From: a candidate division Kazan bacterium
GTDB taxonomy: Bacteria > Patescibacteriota > Kazan-3B-28
NCBI GenBank assembly: GCA_003647645.1
Contig: QMNG01000002.1
Location: 65,151-129,150, forward strand
Direction of reading: 5' to 3'
DNA length: 64,000 nt
The notes beneath the pieces are model-generated. The model saw only the letters and a program-made list of their open reading frames with translations. It ran no database searches and was not told the origin of the DNA. Positions within the stretch are counted from its first letter, which is position 1. Each line of letters starts with the position of its first letter. A program made the translations under genes and the position numbers. Of the stretch, positions 20,129 to 30,835 are shown in pieces.

Positions 20129-21139
20129 ATGAAATCTAGGGTTGTAGACGCGAGCATCACCCCGGGGGAAGAAGAACTGGATATTAGTCTGAGACCCAGG
20201 GATTTTTCGGGCTATGTGGGCCAAGATAAGATCAAGTCCGGTCTTAAAATTTCGATTCAGGCAGCCAAACAGAGGCGCGAGCCGCTGGATCACATTTTGT
20301 TGTTCGGCCCCCCGGGTTTAGGCAAGACCACTTTAGCTAATATTATTGCCAAAGAAATGGGGGCCGGTCTGAAATCAACTTCCGGTCCGGCTATTGAGCG
20401 GACCGGTGACTTGGCGGCAATCTTGACCAACCTTCAGGATGGCAATGTTTTGTTTATTGATGAGATCCACCGCTTGAACAGACAGGTGGAAGAGGTATTG
20501 TACTCGGCTATGGAAGATTATTATTTAGATATTATTGTTGGCAAGGGACCGTCGGCCCGATCTTTGAAGCTTGATCTGCCCAAATTTACGCTGATTGGCG
20601 CCACTACCCGAATTGGTCTCATCTCTTCTCCTCTACGTGATAGATTTGGTTCAAACTATCGTTTGGATTTTTATGAAATTGCTGACATTGAAAAAATATT
20701 GCAGCGTTCCTCCAGAATATTAAACGTAAAACTAAGCGACGAATGCATAAAAATTATCGCCCGTTCTTCACGTCGGACTCCCAGGACTGCCAACCGGATC
20801 CTTAAGCGGATACGTGATTTTGCCCTAGTAAAAAACAAAGGGGAAATCACGCCGGGGATCGTATCACAGTCTCTGGACTTACTGACAATTGATGAGGCAG
20901 GTTTGGATGAAGTTGATAGGAAAATATTAAATATTTTGATCAAGCAGTTTAACGGTGGTCCGGCGGGAATTAACTCCATTGCCGTGGCAATATCTGAAGA
21001 ATCGCAAACTATCGAGGATGTTTATGAACCATTCTTGATCCAGGAGGGATTTATGAAACGGACAGCCCAAGGACGAGTTGCCACCAAGCGGGCTTATGAA
21101 CATCTTGGCCTAGCCGAATTAAAACCTGAACTATTTTGA
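20129..21139 (+). CDS. ruvB: Holliday junction branch migration helicase RuvB
   Basis: [19 protein letters not shown] and PLRDRFG. Confidence 0.97.
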   Translation: MKSRVVDASITPGEEELDISLRPRDFSGYVGQDKIKSGLKISIQAAKQRREPLDHILLFGPPGLGKTTLANIIAKEMGAGLKSTSGPAIERTGDLAAILTNLQDGNVLFIDEIHRLNRQVEEVLYSAMEDYYLDIIVGKGPSARSLKLDLPKFTLIGATTRIGLISSPLRDRFGSNYRLDFYEIADIEKILQRSSRILNVKLSDECIKIIARSSRRTPRTANRILKRIRDFALVKNKGEITPGIVSQSLDLLTIDEAGLDEVDRKILNILIKQFNGGPAGINSIAVAISEESQTIEDVYEPFLIQEGFMKRTAQGRVATKRAYEHLGLAELKPELF

Positions 21140-21143
21140 GCTT

Positions 21144-21356
21144 ATGAGTGCCCTGCTATTAACTATTTCCGTCTACACTATCTTTGTTTTGTTGATTGCT
21201 GTGTATGTGGCAATCAATGCCTACAACTTAGTTAGATTTAGGCTGGACAGGTTAGAGAATGATTGTTCCAAAATGATGTTGTTTATATATCTCACAGTCG
21301 TAATTACGATATTCTTTATATCCATTATCGGGGCAACAATTTCGTATAATTTGTAA
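21144..21356 (+). CDS. Small two-TM membrane protein
   Basis: Two hydrophobic helices; tight operonic spacing. Confidence 0.6.
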   Translation: MSALLLTISVYTIFVLLIAVYVAINAYNLVRFRLDRLENDCSKMMLFIYLTVVITIFFISIIGATISYNL

Positions 21357-21360
21357 AACT

Positions 21361-22401
21361 ATGAACCAAAATAATTCCACCCCGCCAGAGAAGCCAGAGA
21401 AAATAGAAAAGGTTTACCGCCGGCACATTTTGAATTTGCTGGTGCCAATATCTTGGTCGGTGATGGTGTTGTTGCCGTTTATTGTCGTAATTATTTTTGT
21501 ATACAGGCTCGGTTATACGTCCGAACCCCTTGTTTTAATGGGACTGTGGCTGTTCGGCGGAGTGTATATCATCTTTGTGCTCAGCTTAATGATGATGCAA
21601 TGGATTATCTGGTACCTGGATATTTGGGTGCTAACCAGTAATCATCTGATTGATACTCAACTGGTGTCTCTGTTTAATCGCAAGATTGCCCATATACCCC
21701 TTAATCAGATTCAAGATGTTCAGGTCGGGGTGAAGGGCTATCTGCCGGCCATTTTTCGATTCGGTGATGTTACAGTGCAATCAGCCGGCAAGGAGGGCTC
21801 TTTTAAATTAAGCTCTATTAGTAACCCTAAGGAAGCTGCCAGGAAGATCCGTAAATTATGTGAAGCTTATCAGCACCAAAATCTGGGAGAAGCCGCCCAG
21901 AAAATAATTAGGCCGACTCAATCTCTTGGCAATATATTAGTCAGCCAAAATAAATTATCTCATAGTGATCTGACGGCTGCTCTTAATCAACAACAACGAG
22001 ACGGTCGCCAGTTGGGTAAAATTCTTTTGGAAAAAAATCTGATCACCCGTGAAGATCTGGTTAGTGCTCTAGGGAGTCAGTACCACATTCCCAGTCTGGA
22101 TTTGTCTCGCTACGAGATTGATCCGAAAATAATTAAACGTATGTCATATGATACGGCAGTTCGATATACGGTTATTCCCATATCGCAATCCCCCGAGGCT
22201 CTGACCGTGGCGATCGCCCATCCGTCTCCCGAAACGATTGGTGAGTTGGCTGCTCAAATGGATGTTCCGCTGGCATTTATGGTGGCAGACGAAGATTATA
22301 TTAAAGAGGCAATCAGGGGATATTATCAAGGAGCCAACAAGCCCGTTTCTTCTTCAGATGATGATTCCCCAACTACTTTGGAGGATTTAGGCTTGGAATA
22401 A
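21361..22401 (+). CDS. Membrane bPH-domain protein fused to an MshEN/T2SSE_N domain
   Basis: Two TMs; IQDV...FGDVTVQSAG (bPH_2-like); tandem LGxxL...L..AL..Q motifs and a PilB-N-like region. Confidence 0.75.
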   Translation: MNQNNSTPPEKPEKIEKVYRRHILNLLVPISWSVMVLLPFIVVIIFVYRLGYTSEPLVLMGLWLFGGVYIIFVLSLMMMQWIIWYLDIWVLTSNHLIDTQLVSLFNRKIAHIPLNQIQDVQVGVKGYLPAIFRFGDVTVQSAGKEGSFKLSSISNPKEAARKIRKLCEAYQHQNLGEAAQKIIRPTQSLGNILVSQNKLSHSDLTAALNQQQRDGRQLGKILLEKNLITREDLVSALGSQYHIPSLDLSRYEIDPKIIKRMSYDTAVRYTVIPISQSPEALTVAIAHPSPETIGELAAQMDVPLAFMVADEDYIKEAIRGYYQGANKPVSSSDDDSPTTLEDLGLE

Positions 22402-22432
22402 AGTTGTTTTGGTCAATTTTAGGTTCAAACTC

Positions 22433-22461
22433 TTGACATTTGTAAGAAAATTTAGTATAAT
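22433..22461 (+). promoter_or_regulatory. Consensus sigma70 promoter of the surface-protein operon
   Basis: TTGACA-N17-TATAAT. Confidence 0.8.
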
Positions 22462-22511
22462 GAGATAACTAGCATGAGAACCTTCCTAGGAGTTAACACC
22501 AAAACAAAACT

Positions 22512-25500
22512 ATGCCAAGTTTAATCGACAGGATAAAAAACTGGTTTTTAATCCCCCGTAACCGTTACAGATTCATTCTTGGGGCGATTGGAGTTTTTGT
22601 ATTGGTGGGGGTTGTAGCATTTTCCTCGCAAATTGGCAATTTGCTCAGTTTGTTTGGAAGCAGGGCCTTTCAACCCTCCGACATTAGATGGCAAGCCGGT
22701 CCGGGGATCGAAGAGGGCGGCGGCAATCCTCAAAGTATCGTTGTTTCTGCAAATGATGGGAGCTGGTTATATTCGATCGGTGGATTAGATGCTGCCGGCG
22801 GTCATCGAAAAAACTCGGTGTATAGGATGAAGCTGGATGAAAATGGTCTACCGGGTGAATGGGAAGGATCCGGCCAAGGTGTCCCCCAGATGAATTTTCA
22901 AAGAGCTGGACACCGGCTCGTGGAGCATAACGGTTTTATTTATGCCATTGCCGGTGATATTCATATCTCTGAAACACCGGAAGTCGATCCCAATAGTCAC
23001 ATCATTGCCAAGGTATTTCCCCTTGCTTATTCGACAATCGAACGCTTGGACGCTAATGATCCTAGTGCCAGCTGGGAGATATTCGCCAGATTAACGGGTG
23101 TTCATTTCTTCCCCGAAGTCCTCTTAGACGGCGACTTGCTTTATGTTATTGGCGGGATTTACGGTAAAGTCGCGGGTATGGGTGGATTTGAAGAAGTGGC
23201 CAATTCTGACATTTTTAACAATAAGCCGGTGATTGGAGATGGTCTAAATGGTGTTCCCTTGACTGTCTCCGCATTTGGCACAGATGGTTTTGAGCAAAAG
23301 CTATCGCAGAGCGTCACTAACGGAACTTTTGTTACTACGGTTAGTGAGCGCTACGAAATTAATTTAGCAACTAATCCGCTCTCTTATGTAGTTGCCGAAT
23401 TGGGGTTGGACGGCGGGGATGTTTGTAAAACTTCCAGCGATGACAATACTAAATGTTTGATGGACTGGAATTGGATCAGTGCGCGGGTGGTCGGCGCCGA
23501 GATGAAGATGGGCCATTTGCGGTTCAAATTGTTTGGTGATGGTGGGTTCGCGCCAGTTCCTGTAGATGTCAAACCACTGCCCCAAGGCAGGTACGGTCAT
23601 AAAATATTTAAATCGGGCAGCGGCATATACGTAACGGGCGGAGCTGTATGGGCTGGTCCAATGAGGTTTCCAGCAGCATTTCCCCACCCAGAGCCAGCTG
23701 TCGTTTATCCATTTTGGCCAATTGGCGATACCACTTTCCCAAAAACTTACAATGGAGGAGACGATTCTCTGACTTATTGGAACAATGATTTTGTCGGGAA
23801 TACCACCTATCGATGGAATGGGTCTGTTTGGGCCGACTGGGTTGGAACGGGGCCTGAGGCCGAGGCGAAGAACAGGCACTTGGATGGTAAATATTCTTTA
23901 AAAGTTAGCGTGTCGCAAGGTTTAGACGATCCTCCGGTCATTTCGGGTCTGGCATTTATTGGCCTTGGCAGTTTCGATAGTAGTGCCAGTAATTCAACAA
24001 ACAAGCTTGTGGTTGGCGGTATCCGCAACACAAAAAATCATCTGTCAGCCACATCTGATGACTTATTATTCCATTCTACTGTCCACTACTATATGGAGTT
24101 GGACGGGGTTTCTGACAGCTTCACATTCAGTGTTGCCAGTGGCTGGACGCCGGCTGGCAATTACGGTTACAAACATTTTGGCATTGACGTAGTTGATCTC
24201 GGCAGCAAAGCAGTTGGCTTTGGCGGACAGCCATTATCTTATAGCTATCCGGGGAAAGATGGGCGAATTATTAAGGGGTGGCCACAATGGCCGCTGGGAT
24301 CAAAGGCCGGAGAAACAGACACTCAAATATTTAATGGTGCGGACTGGTCGCTATCTGGCAGTCATACTGCTGACCGGGTCGCAACTGCAGCGGTGGTTTA
24401 CAATAGCGGTGGAGACGAGGCGGTTATTTATCGCCTTGGCGGTGAGGAAATTACCGATCCTTGGCCGCCCAAGCTATGGACTATGCTGGAACACACAGAT
24501 CCCCTCACAATTTTTAATGTCCCCGATCTTAATACCTCTAAGTTTAAATTTGTCCCGGTTGACGAAGATGGAACTGTAAGAATTGGCGGTGATAATCATG
24601 ATATGGCAGCCGTGATATTCCAGCTGAACGATTTTGAGAACAATCCCATGCCCGGCATTTCTGTAGGGATTTCTACCGAGAACAATGAGGATCTAGATTT
24701 AATTGAAAAATGCATTCCTCAATACAGTGAAACCTGGGGCTGGTACTGTCCTGAAGGGGGCTGGTTCTCCGGTAGCAATCAAAATATATTGGGAACAACG
24801 GACGAAAACGGTATTGCTGAAATTTTTGTCAGATCAAAAGCTGTTATTGGCGAATCCGAATATCCAGACGGTCCAATAGTACATGATATAGTTGGTTTTT
24901 GGATTGTTGGTGGTAATACTCCGGATAATCCGACTGGGGAACACTTGTTCGGAGATCTGCAGTTATCCCGCAAGTGGACACCATTTGAGCCGAATTCAGG
25001 GGTGTATTTCTTGGATGAAAATGGGCGTCCCGAGACATCTCGCGTCAGACAGGTTCTGTCTGATAATAATGACTTCGCGGAGATAGAGGTTTTGCTTAAG
25101 GATGGCAATCCAATTACACCCCGCCCAGCCAACTTCTATGATGAATATATAAAGCTGGCTTCAACACACCTAATAACGGTGTTACAAACTGATCCGCCCA
25201 ATAATCTTCCAACTGCCGATGGCTCAGCCAGGTTTAGAGTTAAGTCAGGCGCTTCAGGAACGGCTGAAATTTATGCTTGGTATAAACCGGTTGTCTTTGT
25301 TGGGGTTGGTGAAACGGAGTGGTGGACAGATTATACTCCTTGGATTTCTCTGTCCGATTATGATTTAACTATTCAATTCGCTGGCCAGCCCGGTACCCTG
25401 ACCCCCGATAGTGCAGTACAGGGAGATCAAATAGGTACCTTGGCAGCCAATGGCAATGCTACTCGGTGGTTGCAGGGCGATACCACTGTAAAATTTATTA

Positions 25501-27470
25501 ATCCGCCTGAAATTATATTTAGTCACACCGGCGGTTTCGATGAGCTGAATAAGAGCCAGTTCTATAGTTTTGACATTAATGTCGGCAGCGAATATGCAGG
25601 CGCACTGATTGATCTTTTTGTCGTCGAAGGTGAAGGCGTTCTGCAACAAACTTCTGTAACTGCTGATGCCAATGGCTACGCAACTTTTAGATACACAACG
25701 GGCCCAGCCGCTGGAATCGAAAAGATTAGAGCCACCATTGCCAATGGACAAATTAGCAAGGAACTTTGGCTGACTGTTAAACACCCCATAGATTTATACA
25801 CGGTTGAGGTTAAAGTTGAACCCGATTCCCTTACCAGCGACAATCAATTTTCGATCATTAAGGCGCGGCTGACAAGTAATGAGACCGGCAGGCCAATAAC
25901 CGGGACTGAGCTGAGCTTTAGCTTTTCAAATAATGACAGTGGCACATTGCATCAGCCATTCTATGACAGCACGACCGGGATTGTTCAGGCTCTATATGAG
26001 GCCGGAGCTGACGGCAGAGACGCTGAGATACTGGTTGAGGCCAAATATCTGTCCAATCTGGTTATAAAACGAATTTCGATCGCCAATAATTTTGTCTACG
26101 GTGATCCGGGCATCATCTTCAACGATTCTGATTTAACGATATTAAGCGATACCGAGCTTACGCTTGGACATGTCAATGTCAGCGATAATGCCGAGGTTGG
26201 CTTCTGGATATTTAGGGTGATAACCGTTTTTGGCGACGTTACAGAAACATATGACTACTTGTTTGAAGTGCGCCCCAAAATTGTAGAAGGTGAAGGATTT
26301 ATTAACTACATCAGTCCTTCAGTCGGCCATCGGGGCATGGGTAACTTATCAGTTAATATTACTGGAATCAACACCTGGTTTAATGCCGTGGAAAACCCGA
26401 CTGTCCGGTTTACTCCAATAGACGCCGGTCAGGAATCTGGCATTCAGGTTGTCTCAGTTTCGGTTGTCGATGATTTTGATCTAACCGCCGATATAAACAT
26501 AGCCGACAATGCTGGTGTAGGATACTGGAATGTAGAAGTTGTCATCGGCAGCTATGTGTATGAAATGCCCGGTGACTTCGATTTCTTAATTGTGCCAGAC
26601 GACCCTTCGGGTTACTTTATGAATCTTGTGGTCGGCACGTACGGCGCTGGCTGGGAACCGGGTAGCCTGCCGGCCAATGGGACAGCCACTCTTAATTTAA
26701 CCGTTGCAGTCAAAAAATTTGATGTTTGGGAAAATTCGGAATACGCACTGACAGATGCAACAATTAATTCATCTATTGTTGAAGGTACGGGTGAGCTGAC
26801 GCCAATCAGCCGGCTGACCACTGGTGGCCAAGCTGCATTCACCTACCAAGCCGATACTGTTCAGGGTAATGTAGAAACATTATTCGAAAGCACAATCACT
26901 GACGAGCTTGTTGAGGGTGGTGAAGTTAATCTTGAAGCTGCTGCTACCCTCGCTAAGTTGGCCACACAAATTACATTTGATATTACTGTTCCCCTTGAAC
27001 ACAGCCGATACAACTACCGCGACAGCGCAGAGATTCGAGTAGTGGTCATAAAGGACGGCAGCTCAGTCCCGATTATAGATGACAAATTTAGGATAGATGC
27101 GAACGACAAGATCATTGGTCTGCCCAGTGTTTATGTTAGTCCCAGTGTGGAATATCACATTTGGGTAGATCCGCCCAATCATTTGGCCGTAGGGGCCACA
27201 TTTGCTGCGCCGGCGACCAGCCAGACTGTCTCTCCTGCCCTCACCTCGTACTACGGTACCCGTCTGTCATACATTGGGGATATAAACACGGGTGAACGCA
27301 ACAATAGCATTAATGCTTTTGACTATCAGGCGTTTCTTAATCAGATGTTTAAGAATCTGCTTTCCCCCTCCGCTGACTTTAATGGTGATGGCTATGTCAA
27401 TATCCTCGATTGGCCGGCCTTATTTAATAATTATTGGAAACAGGGCTATGTGGCGCCGTTTTCCGACTAA
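22512..27470 (+). CDS. Giant surface protein: N-terminal anchor, Kelch-like propeller, Ig-like repeats, C-terminal dockerin-like domain
   Basis: LYSIGG/LYVIGG/IYVTGG Kelch-like motifs; DANGYATF Big-like repeats; DFNGDGYVNILD calcium loop. Confidence 0.7.
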   Translation: MPSLIDRIKNWFLIPRNRYRFILGAIGVFVLVGVVAFSSQIGNLLSLFGSRAFQPSDIRWQAGPGIEEGGGNPQSIVVSANDGSWLYSIGGLDAAGGHRKNSVYRMKLDENGLPGEWEGSGQGVPQMNFQRAGHRLVEHNGFIYAIAGDIHISETPEVDPNSHIIAKVFPLAYSTIERLDANDPSASWEIFARLTGVHFFPEVLLDGDLLYVIGGIYGKVAGMGGFEEVANSDIFNNKPVIGDGLNGVPLTVSAFGTDGFEQKLSQSVTNGTFVTTVSERYEINLATNPLSYVVAELGLDGGDVCKTSSDDNTKCLMDWNWISARVVGAEMKMGHLRFKLFGDGGFAPVPVDVKPLPQGRYGHKIFKSGSGIYVTGGAVWAGPMRFPAAFPHPEPAVVYPFWPIGDTTFPKTYNGGDDSLTYWNNDFVGNTTYRWNGSVWADWVGTGPEAEAKNRHLDGKYSLKVSVSQGLDDPPVISGLAFIGLGSFDSSASNSTNKLVVGGIRNTKNHLSATSDDLLFHSTVHYYMELDGVSDSFTFSVASGWTPAGNYGYKHFGIDVVDLGSKAVGFGGQPLSYSYPGKDGRIIKGWPQWPLGSKAGETDTQIFNGADWSLSGSHTADRVATAAVVYNSGGDEAVIYRLGGEEITDPWPPKLWTMLEHTDPLTIFNVPDLNTSKFKFVPVDEDGTVRIGGDNHDMAAVIFQLNDFENNPMPGISVGISTENNEDLDLIEKCIPQYSETWGWYCPEGGWFSGSNQNILGTTDENGIAEIFVRSKAVIGESEYPDGPIVHDIVGFWIVGGNTPDNPTGEHLFGDLQLSRKWTPFEPNSGVYFLDENGRPETSRVRQVLSDNNDFAEIEVLLKDGNPITPRPANFYDEYIKLASTHLITVLQTDPPNNLPTADGSARFRVKSGASGTAEIYAWYKPVVFVGVGETEWWTDYTPWISLSDYDLTIQFAGQPGTLTPDSAVQGDQIGTLAANGNATRWLQGDTTVKFINPPEIIFSHTGGFDELNKSQFYSFDINVGSEYAGALIDLFVVEGEGVLQQTSVTADANGYATFRYTTGPAAGIEKIRATIANGQISKELWLTVKHPIDLYTVEVKVEPDSLTSDNQFSIIKARLTSNETGRPITGTELSFSFSNNDSGTLHQPFYDSTTGIVQALYEAGADGRDAEILVEAKYLSNLVIKRISIANNFVYGDPGIIFNDSDLTILSDTELTLGHVNVSDNAEVGFWIFRVITVFGDVTETYDYLFEVRPKIVEGEGFINYISPSVGHRGMGNLSVNITGINTWFNAVENPTVRFTPIDAGQESGIQVVSVSVVDDFDLTADINIADNAGVGYWNVEVVIGSYVYEMPGDFDFLIVPDDPSGYFMNLVVGTYGAGWEPGSLPANGTATLNLTVAVKKFDVWENSEYALTDATINSSIVEGTGELTPISRLTTGGQAAFTYQADTVQGNVETLFESTITDELVEGGEVNLEAAATLAKLATQITFDITVPLEHSRYNYRDSAEIRVVVIKDGSSVPIIDDKFRIDANDKIIGLPSVYVSPSVEYHIWVDPPNHLAVGATFAAPATSQTVSPALTSYYGTRLSYIGDINTGERNNSINAFDYQAFLNQMFKNLLSPSADFNGDGYVNILDWPALFNNYWKQGYVAPFSD

Positions 27471-27507
27471 ATAATATTCGCAAACCAATCTAAAAACCAA
27501 AACAAAA

Positions 27508-29274
27508 ATGAAAAGTAAAAAAGTTAACCTGGCTTTTTTGTCCATCACTCTGCTGGTTGTGGGGGGGTTGGTTTGGGCGGGTGCTTGGTACATAAAGTCA
27601 AATAATAAATTGTCAGTTGCGATCAGTGCCTTTAAAGCGCCATCCACGGAAAAATTGGTTGGTCTTGATGAACTTCCCCCTTCGAATATTGTCCGGCCGT
27701 TTGTGGTTGGAGATGATGTCTATACTTTGGAACTGACTTTTGATAAGCGATATATCAGTCCGCTGCCCAGATCTTCTATCAAGGGGACAGTCCGGCTTCT
27801 TAAAAACGGGAAAGTTATCAACCAGATTCCTTCGCAGCTGACCGGAACAAACAGAGTTGAGAAGTTTGGCCAGCCAGCCAGAACTAAGATTGATCCTACA
27901 AAAATCCAACTCAATTTAACTAAGTTAAATCAGAACATACATCCCAATGTTAAGTTTTTGATCAACGGCGAAGAGCCACAGGGAGTATGCGATTATACGG
28001 CTCTCGATGAGTCCTTCCGTTCTGTTGTCAATCCGTATGCTTCCTACAGTCAAATTGGCTTTGGGGCGCAACCTCAGGCGGTGTCCACCATTCAATCGTA
28101 TGTTGTATCAGCCCAAGCACTCAATGAAGGTCGTAATCTTAAGTATGGTCAACTGGATATCAGCAGCGGTCAAGCTGAGTTTGAATATGTTTTTGATGGC
28201 AAACGTATCCTCCCTTATCTCGAGTTTGAGCTTGGCACTGAACGCGGAGAGCTGTTAACCAGTCAGTCGGTTTTCTTTGAAGACCAAAAGCAATCTAGAG
28301 TTACAGTTCCAGATATCAACCGCCAGCTAAAGGGCTCCGATATATACTACGATATGGTCTTTTCTGAAAGTCGGCTTAATCTTAAAGATGAACAAACTTT
28401 CGATATTGAAATTACTTCGCGGGATACTAACAGCGGTGAAATCAACACAAATCCATTCCAGCGAGTTATACTCACACTTATTCCGCCCGCGCAGATATTT
28501 GAATTGGAGGAGATTAGACAAGAAACACGATATGATGGATCTTCTGAGTTGGCGCAGTTCTTTTATGGACATGTCAATCTAATTAGACCGGGACATTTCA
28601 TACACACGGATGAGCTGGCCGACTATTATGGGGCTATGGTCGGTCGTTATATTCCTCACCGCTCAATGTTTCCCAATAGTCGTCTCTACTATACCAACGA
28701 CTGCGAAATCGACCAGTCGTTTGCCGTTGAGCTTGATCTAATCGACGGTTATGGACGGGTTGAGTTTTCCTACTCCGGTAGCCAGGAGTGGCTGCCGTAC
28801 CTGACGTTTCTAGTCCAGCCGACCAACTACTTTTTTGAGTACGCCGGATGGCAGGATGGCGAACCTCCACATCAGGGTGCATTTAGCGGAATTTACCTGG
28901 GAAGCTTATCACTGTATGAGCAAGAAGGAATATTAGGCGATATTAAATCGATGTATCGTGAAACAGAAGATATCATTTATCCCCCGCTGGTGGATGAATC
29001 GGGCAATGATGTTCATGCTTGCCCCAATTTTACTTGGGCTACATCGCGACAAGGTTGCTACAAACTTTACGGAAATGATTGGATGGATGAAGATGAATTT
29101 CAGCAGTTTATAAATAGTGTTTATACAATAGCCAGTCTGCCAATCGGTTCAGTATCGTTGTCATCTTCTTTGAGTATTTGGTGGTGGTTCATATTGTTAC
29201 AGATATTTATTGGGCTTGGCGGCGGTTTGATCCTGAGACAAAAAATAAAATTACCAAATGGAAAAAATAAATAA
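27508..29274 (+). CDS. Surface protein, tandem paralog A of an uncharacterised family
   Basis: N- and C-terminal TMs; NPFQRV, ELDLIDG and VQPTNY motifs shared with neighbours. Confidence 0.75.
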   Translation: MKSKKVNLAFLSITLLVVGGLVWAGAWYIKSNNKLSVAISAFKAPSTEKLVGLDELPPSNIVRPFVVGDDVYTLELTFDKRYISPLPRSSIKGTVRLLKNGKVINQIPSQLTGTNRVEKFGQPARTKIDPTKIQLNLTKLNQNIHPNVKFLINGEEPQGVCDYTALDESFRSVVNPYASYSQIGFGAQPQAVSTIQSYVVSAQALNEGRNLKYGQLDISSGQAEFEYVFDGKRILPYLEFELGTERGELLTSQSVFFEDQKQSRVTVPDINRQLKGSDIYYDMVFSESRLNLKDEQTFDIEITSRDTNSGEINTNPFQRVILTLIPPAQIFELEEIRQETRYDGSSELAQFFYGHVNLIRPGHFIHTDELADYYGAMVGRYIPHRSMFPNSRLYYTNDCEIDQSFAVELDLIDGYGRVEFSYSGSQEWLPYLTFLVQPTNYFFEYAGWQDGEPPHQGAFSGIYLGSLSLYEQEGILGDIKSMYRETEDIIYPPLVDESGNDVHACPNFTWATSRQGCYKLYGNDWMDEDEFQQFINSVYTIASLPIGSVSLSSSLSIWWWFILLQIFIGLGGGLILRQKIKLPNGKNK

Positions 29275-30835
29275 ACAAATCTTAAATCGCAAACCATTCC
29301 CATGGTCCAAAATTGGGCTGGTTGGATTAATACTTGCATTTAGCATTACGCTGCTGTTTTGGTGGTTGAAGCCATTCTCGTTCTCCGGCCGTGCCGGCTG
29401 TGTCGTAGATGATAAATCAAAAATCTATGCGACTGCTCCCAAAGTTGCCCATATGTATGAGGGCGAGCTACTTGAATATCCACTATTAGACGACGGCAGT
29501 TTTGTTCCCTCCAACACTGTTATAAAGCACCAAGCCGTCGGTCATGAGTATGCGTTGCGGGTTTCCTTCGAAAAACCGTACATCAGCCCGGTCCCCGGTT
29601 CGTCAATTAAGGGCGAAATCCAGCTGTTAATGGACGGCAGGCCCATTATTAATATTCCCAGAGATAGTTCCGGCAACCTGAACTTGAAGTTGCCGCAAAT
29701 CGCAGTTCATATTGACGGAGTTGGCATTCAATCAAAAATTAGTTATCTCGGTCAATCCAACAATATTGTAGTTTCTTCTACACACAACCCTTTTCCCATA
29801 ACTCAGATTTATTCGCCCCAAGCTGACCCTCTGCCAAATGTGACTATGATTGGCAGCCGCTTGCAGGGATATAAAGCTAGCTATATAGATCTTTCACGCG
29901 GAAAGGCAGAGATTGAACTTTTCTATTTTGGCGAGAGAACTGCCCCGTATATTTCACTGAGGTTCAATGATCGTTTTTCCTCAATGGCAACTACAAAAAT
30001 TTTATGTTTTGAAGATCAGGCAAATCCAAGAGTCAGTTCTCCCAAAATCGATACCCAAGCCAAGGGTGAGTTCTATTACGATGTGTCAGTAGTCCCCGCT
30101 TCTTTGCAGTCAGGCCATCAGCAGGACATTAAGATAAGTATTGTCGCCAGGAATTCAAGAACAGGACGTGTTGACACTAACCCCTATCAACGGGTTAATA
30201 TCTGGGCGTATCCGCTTATAAAGCCGGAGATTCGCAGCCGCAGTTCTTCAATCAGCCAATCCGGTCCCGGAGTGAGATTTCTTCGAGAGCCTCGCGGGGT
30301 ATTTATTCTTGAAGATACCCATAACCCCAAAATCAGTAAGCTGCAAATTAAACAAGCCGCCGAAAACAACGGCGATAACAACGGATTGGAGCTTGATTTA
30401 ATCAAGGGGCGCGGAACAGCTTATTTCAATTATGGTGGCACCGATCAACTTCCCTCTACTCCTCTTACATTCGTTGTTCAGCCAACTAATTATGCCATTG
30501 ATAGTGCGGTGTCAGCGAACGGTAATGTAATGCCGCATCGGCTCGAAGCTAAGATCGAGTATCCCAGTAAACCGGCAGATTTCATTCAGGGCCCAGCCGG
30601 CAACCGTCAAGTTATTAGCTCTAGCTTTCTGTACCGAAATTGGATGGACGATGATTCTCTCAGATATGCCGTGTACACGATCAAATCATTGAACATTGGC
30701 GGTCCCAAAATAAGTTTAGAGCCCAATGTTTGGTTCTGGATCCTTGTTAGCCAAATAAGCAAACTTATATTTGCCGGCGGATTAATCTGGTTGCTGGTAA
30801 GGAAACATAGAAATAAATATGAAACGAGCAACTAA
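29258..30835 (+). CDS. Surface protein, tandem paralog B
   Basis: NPYQRV, ELDLIKG, VQPTNY and WMDDD; TMs at both ends. Confidence 0.75.
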   Translation: MEKINKQILNRKPFPWSKIGLVGLILAFSITLLFWWLKPFSFSGRAGCVVDDKSKIYATAPKVAHMYEGELLEYPLLDDGSFVPSNTVIKHQAVGHEYALRVSFEKPYISPVPGSSIKGEIQLLMDGRPIINIPRDSSGNLNLKLPQIAVHIDGVGIQSKISYLGQSNNIVVSSTHNPFPITQIYSPQADPLPNVTMIGSRLQGYKASYIDLSRGKAEIELFYFGERTAPYISLRFNDRFSSMATTKILCFEDQANPRVSSPKIDTQAKGEFYYDVSVVPASLQSGHQQDIKISIVARNSRTGRVDTNPYQRVNIWAYPLIKPEIRSRSSSISQSGPGVRFLREPRGVFILEDTHNPKISKLQIKQAAENNGDNNGLELDLIKGRGTAYFNYGGTDQLPSTPLTFVVQPTNYAIDSAVSANGNVMPHRLEAKIEYPSKPADFIQGPAGNRQVISSSFLYRNWMDDDSLRYAVYTIKSLNIGGPKISLEPNVWFWILVSQISKLIFAGGLIWLLVRKHRNKYETSN

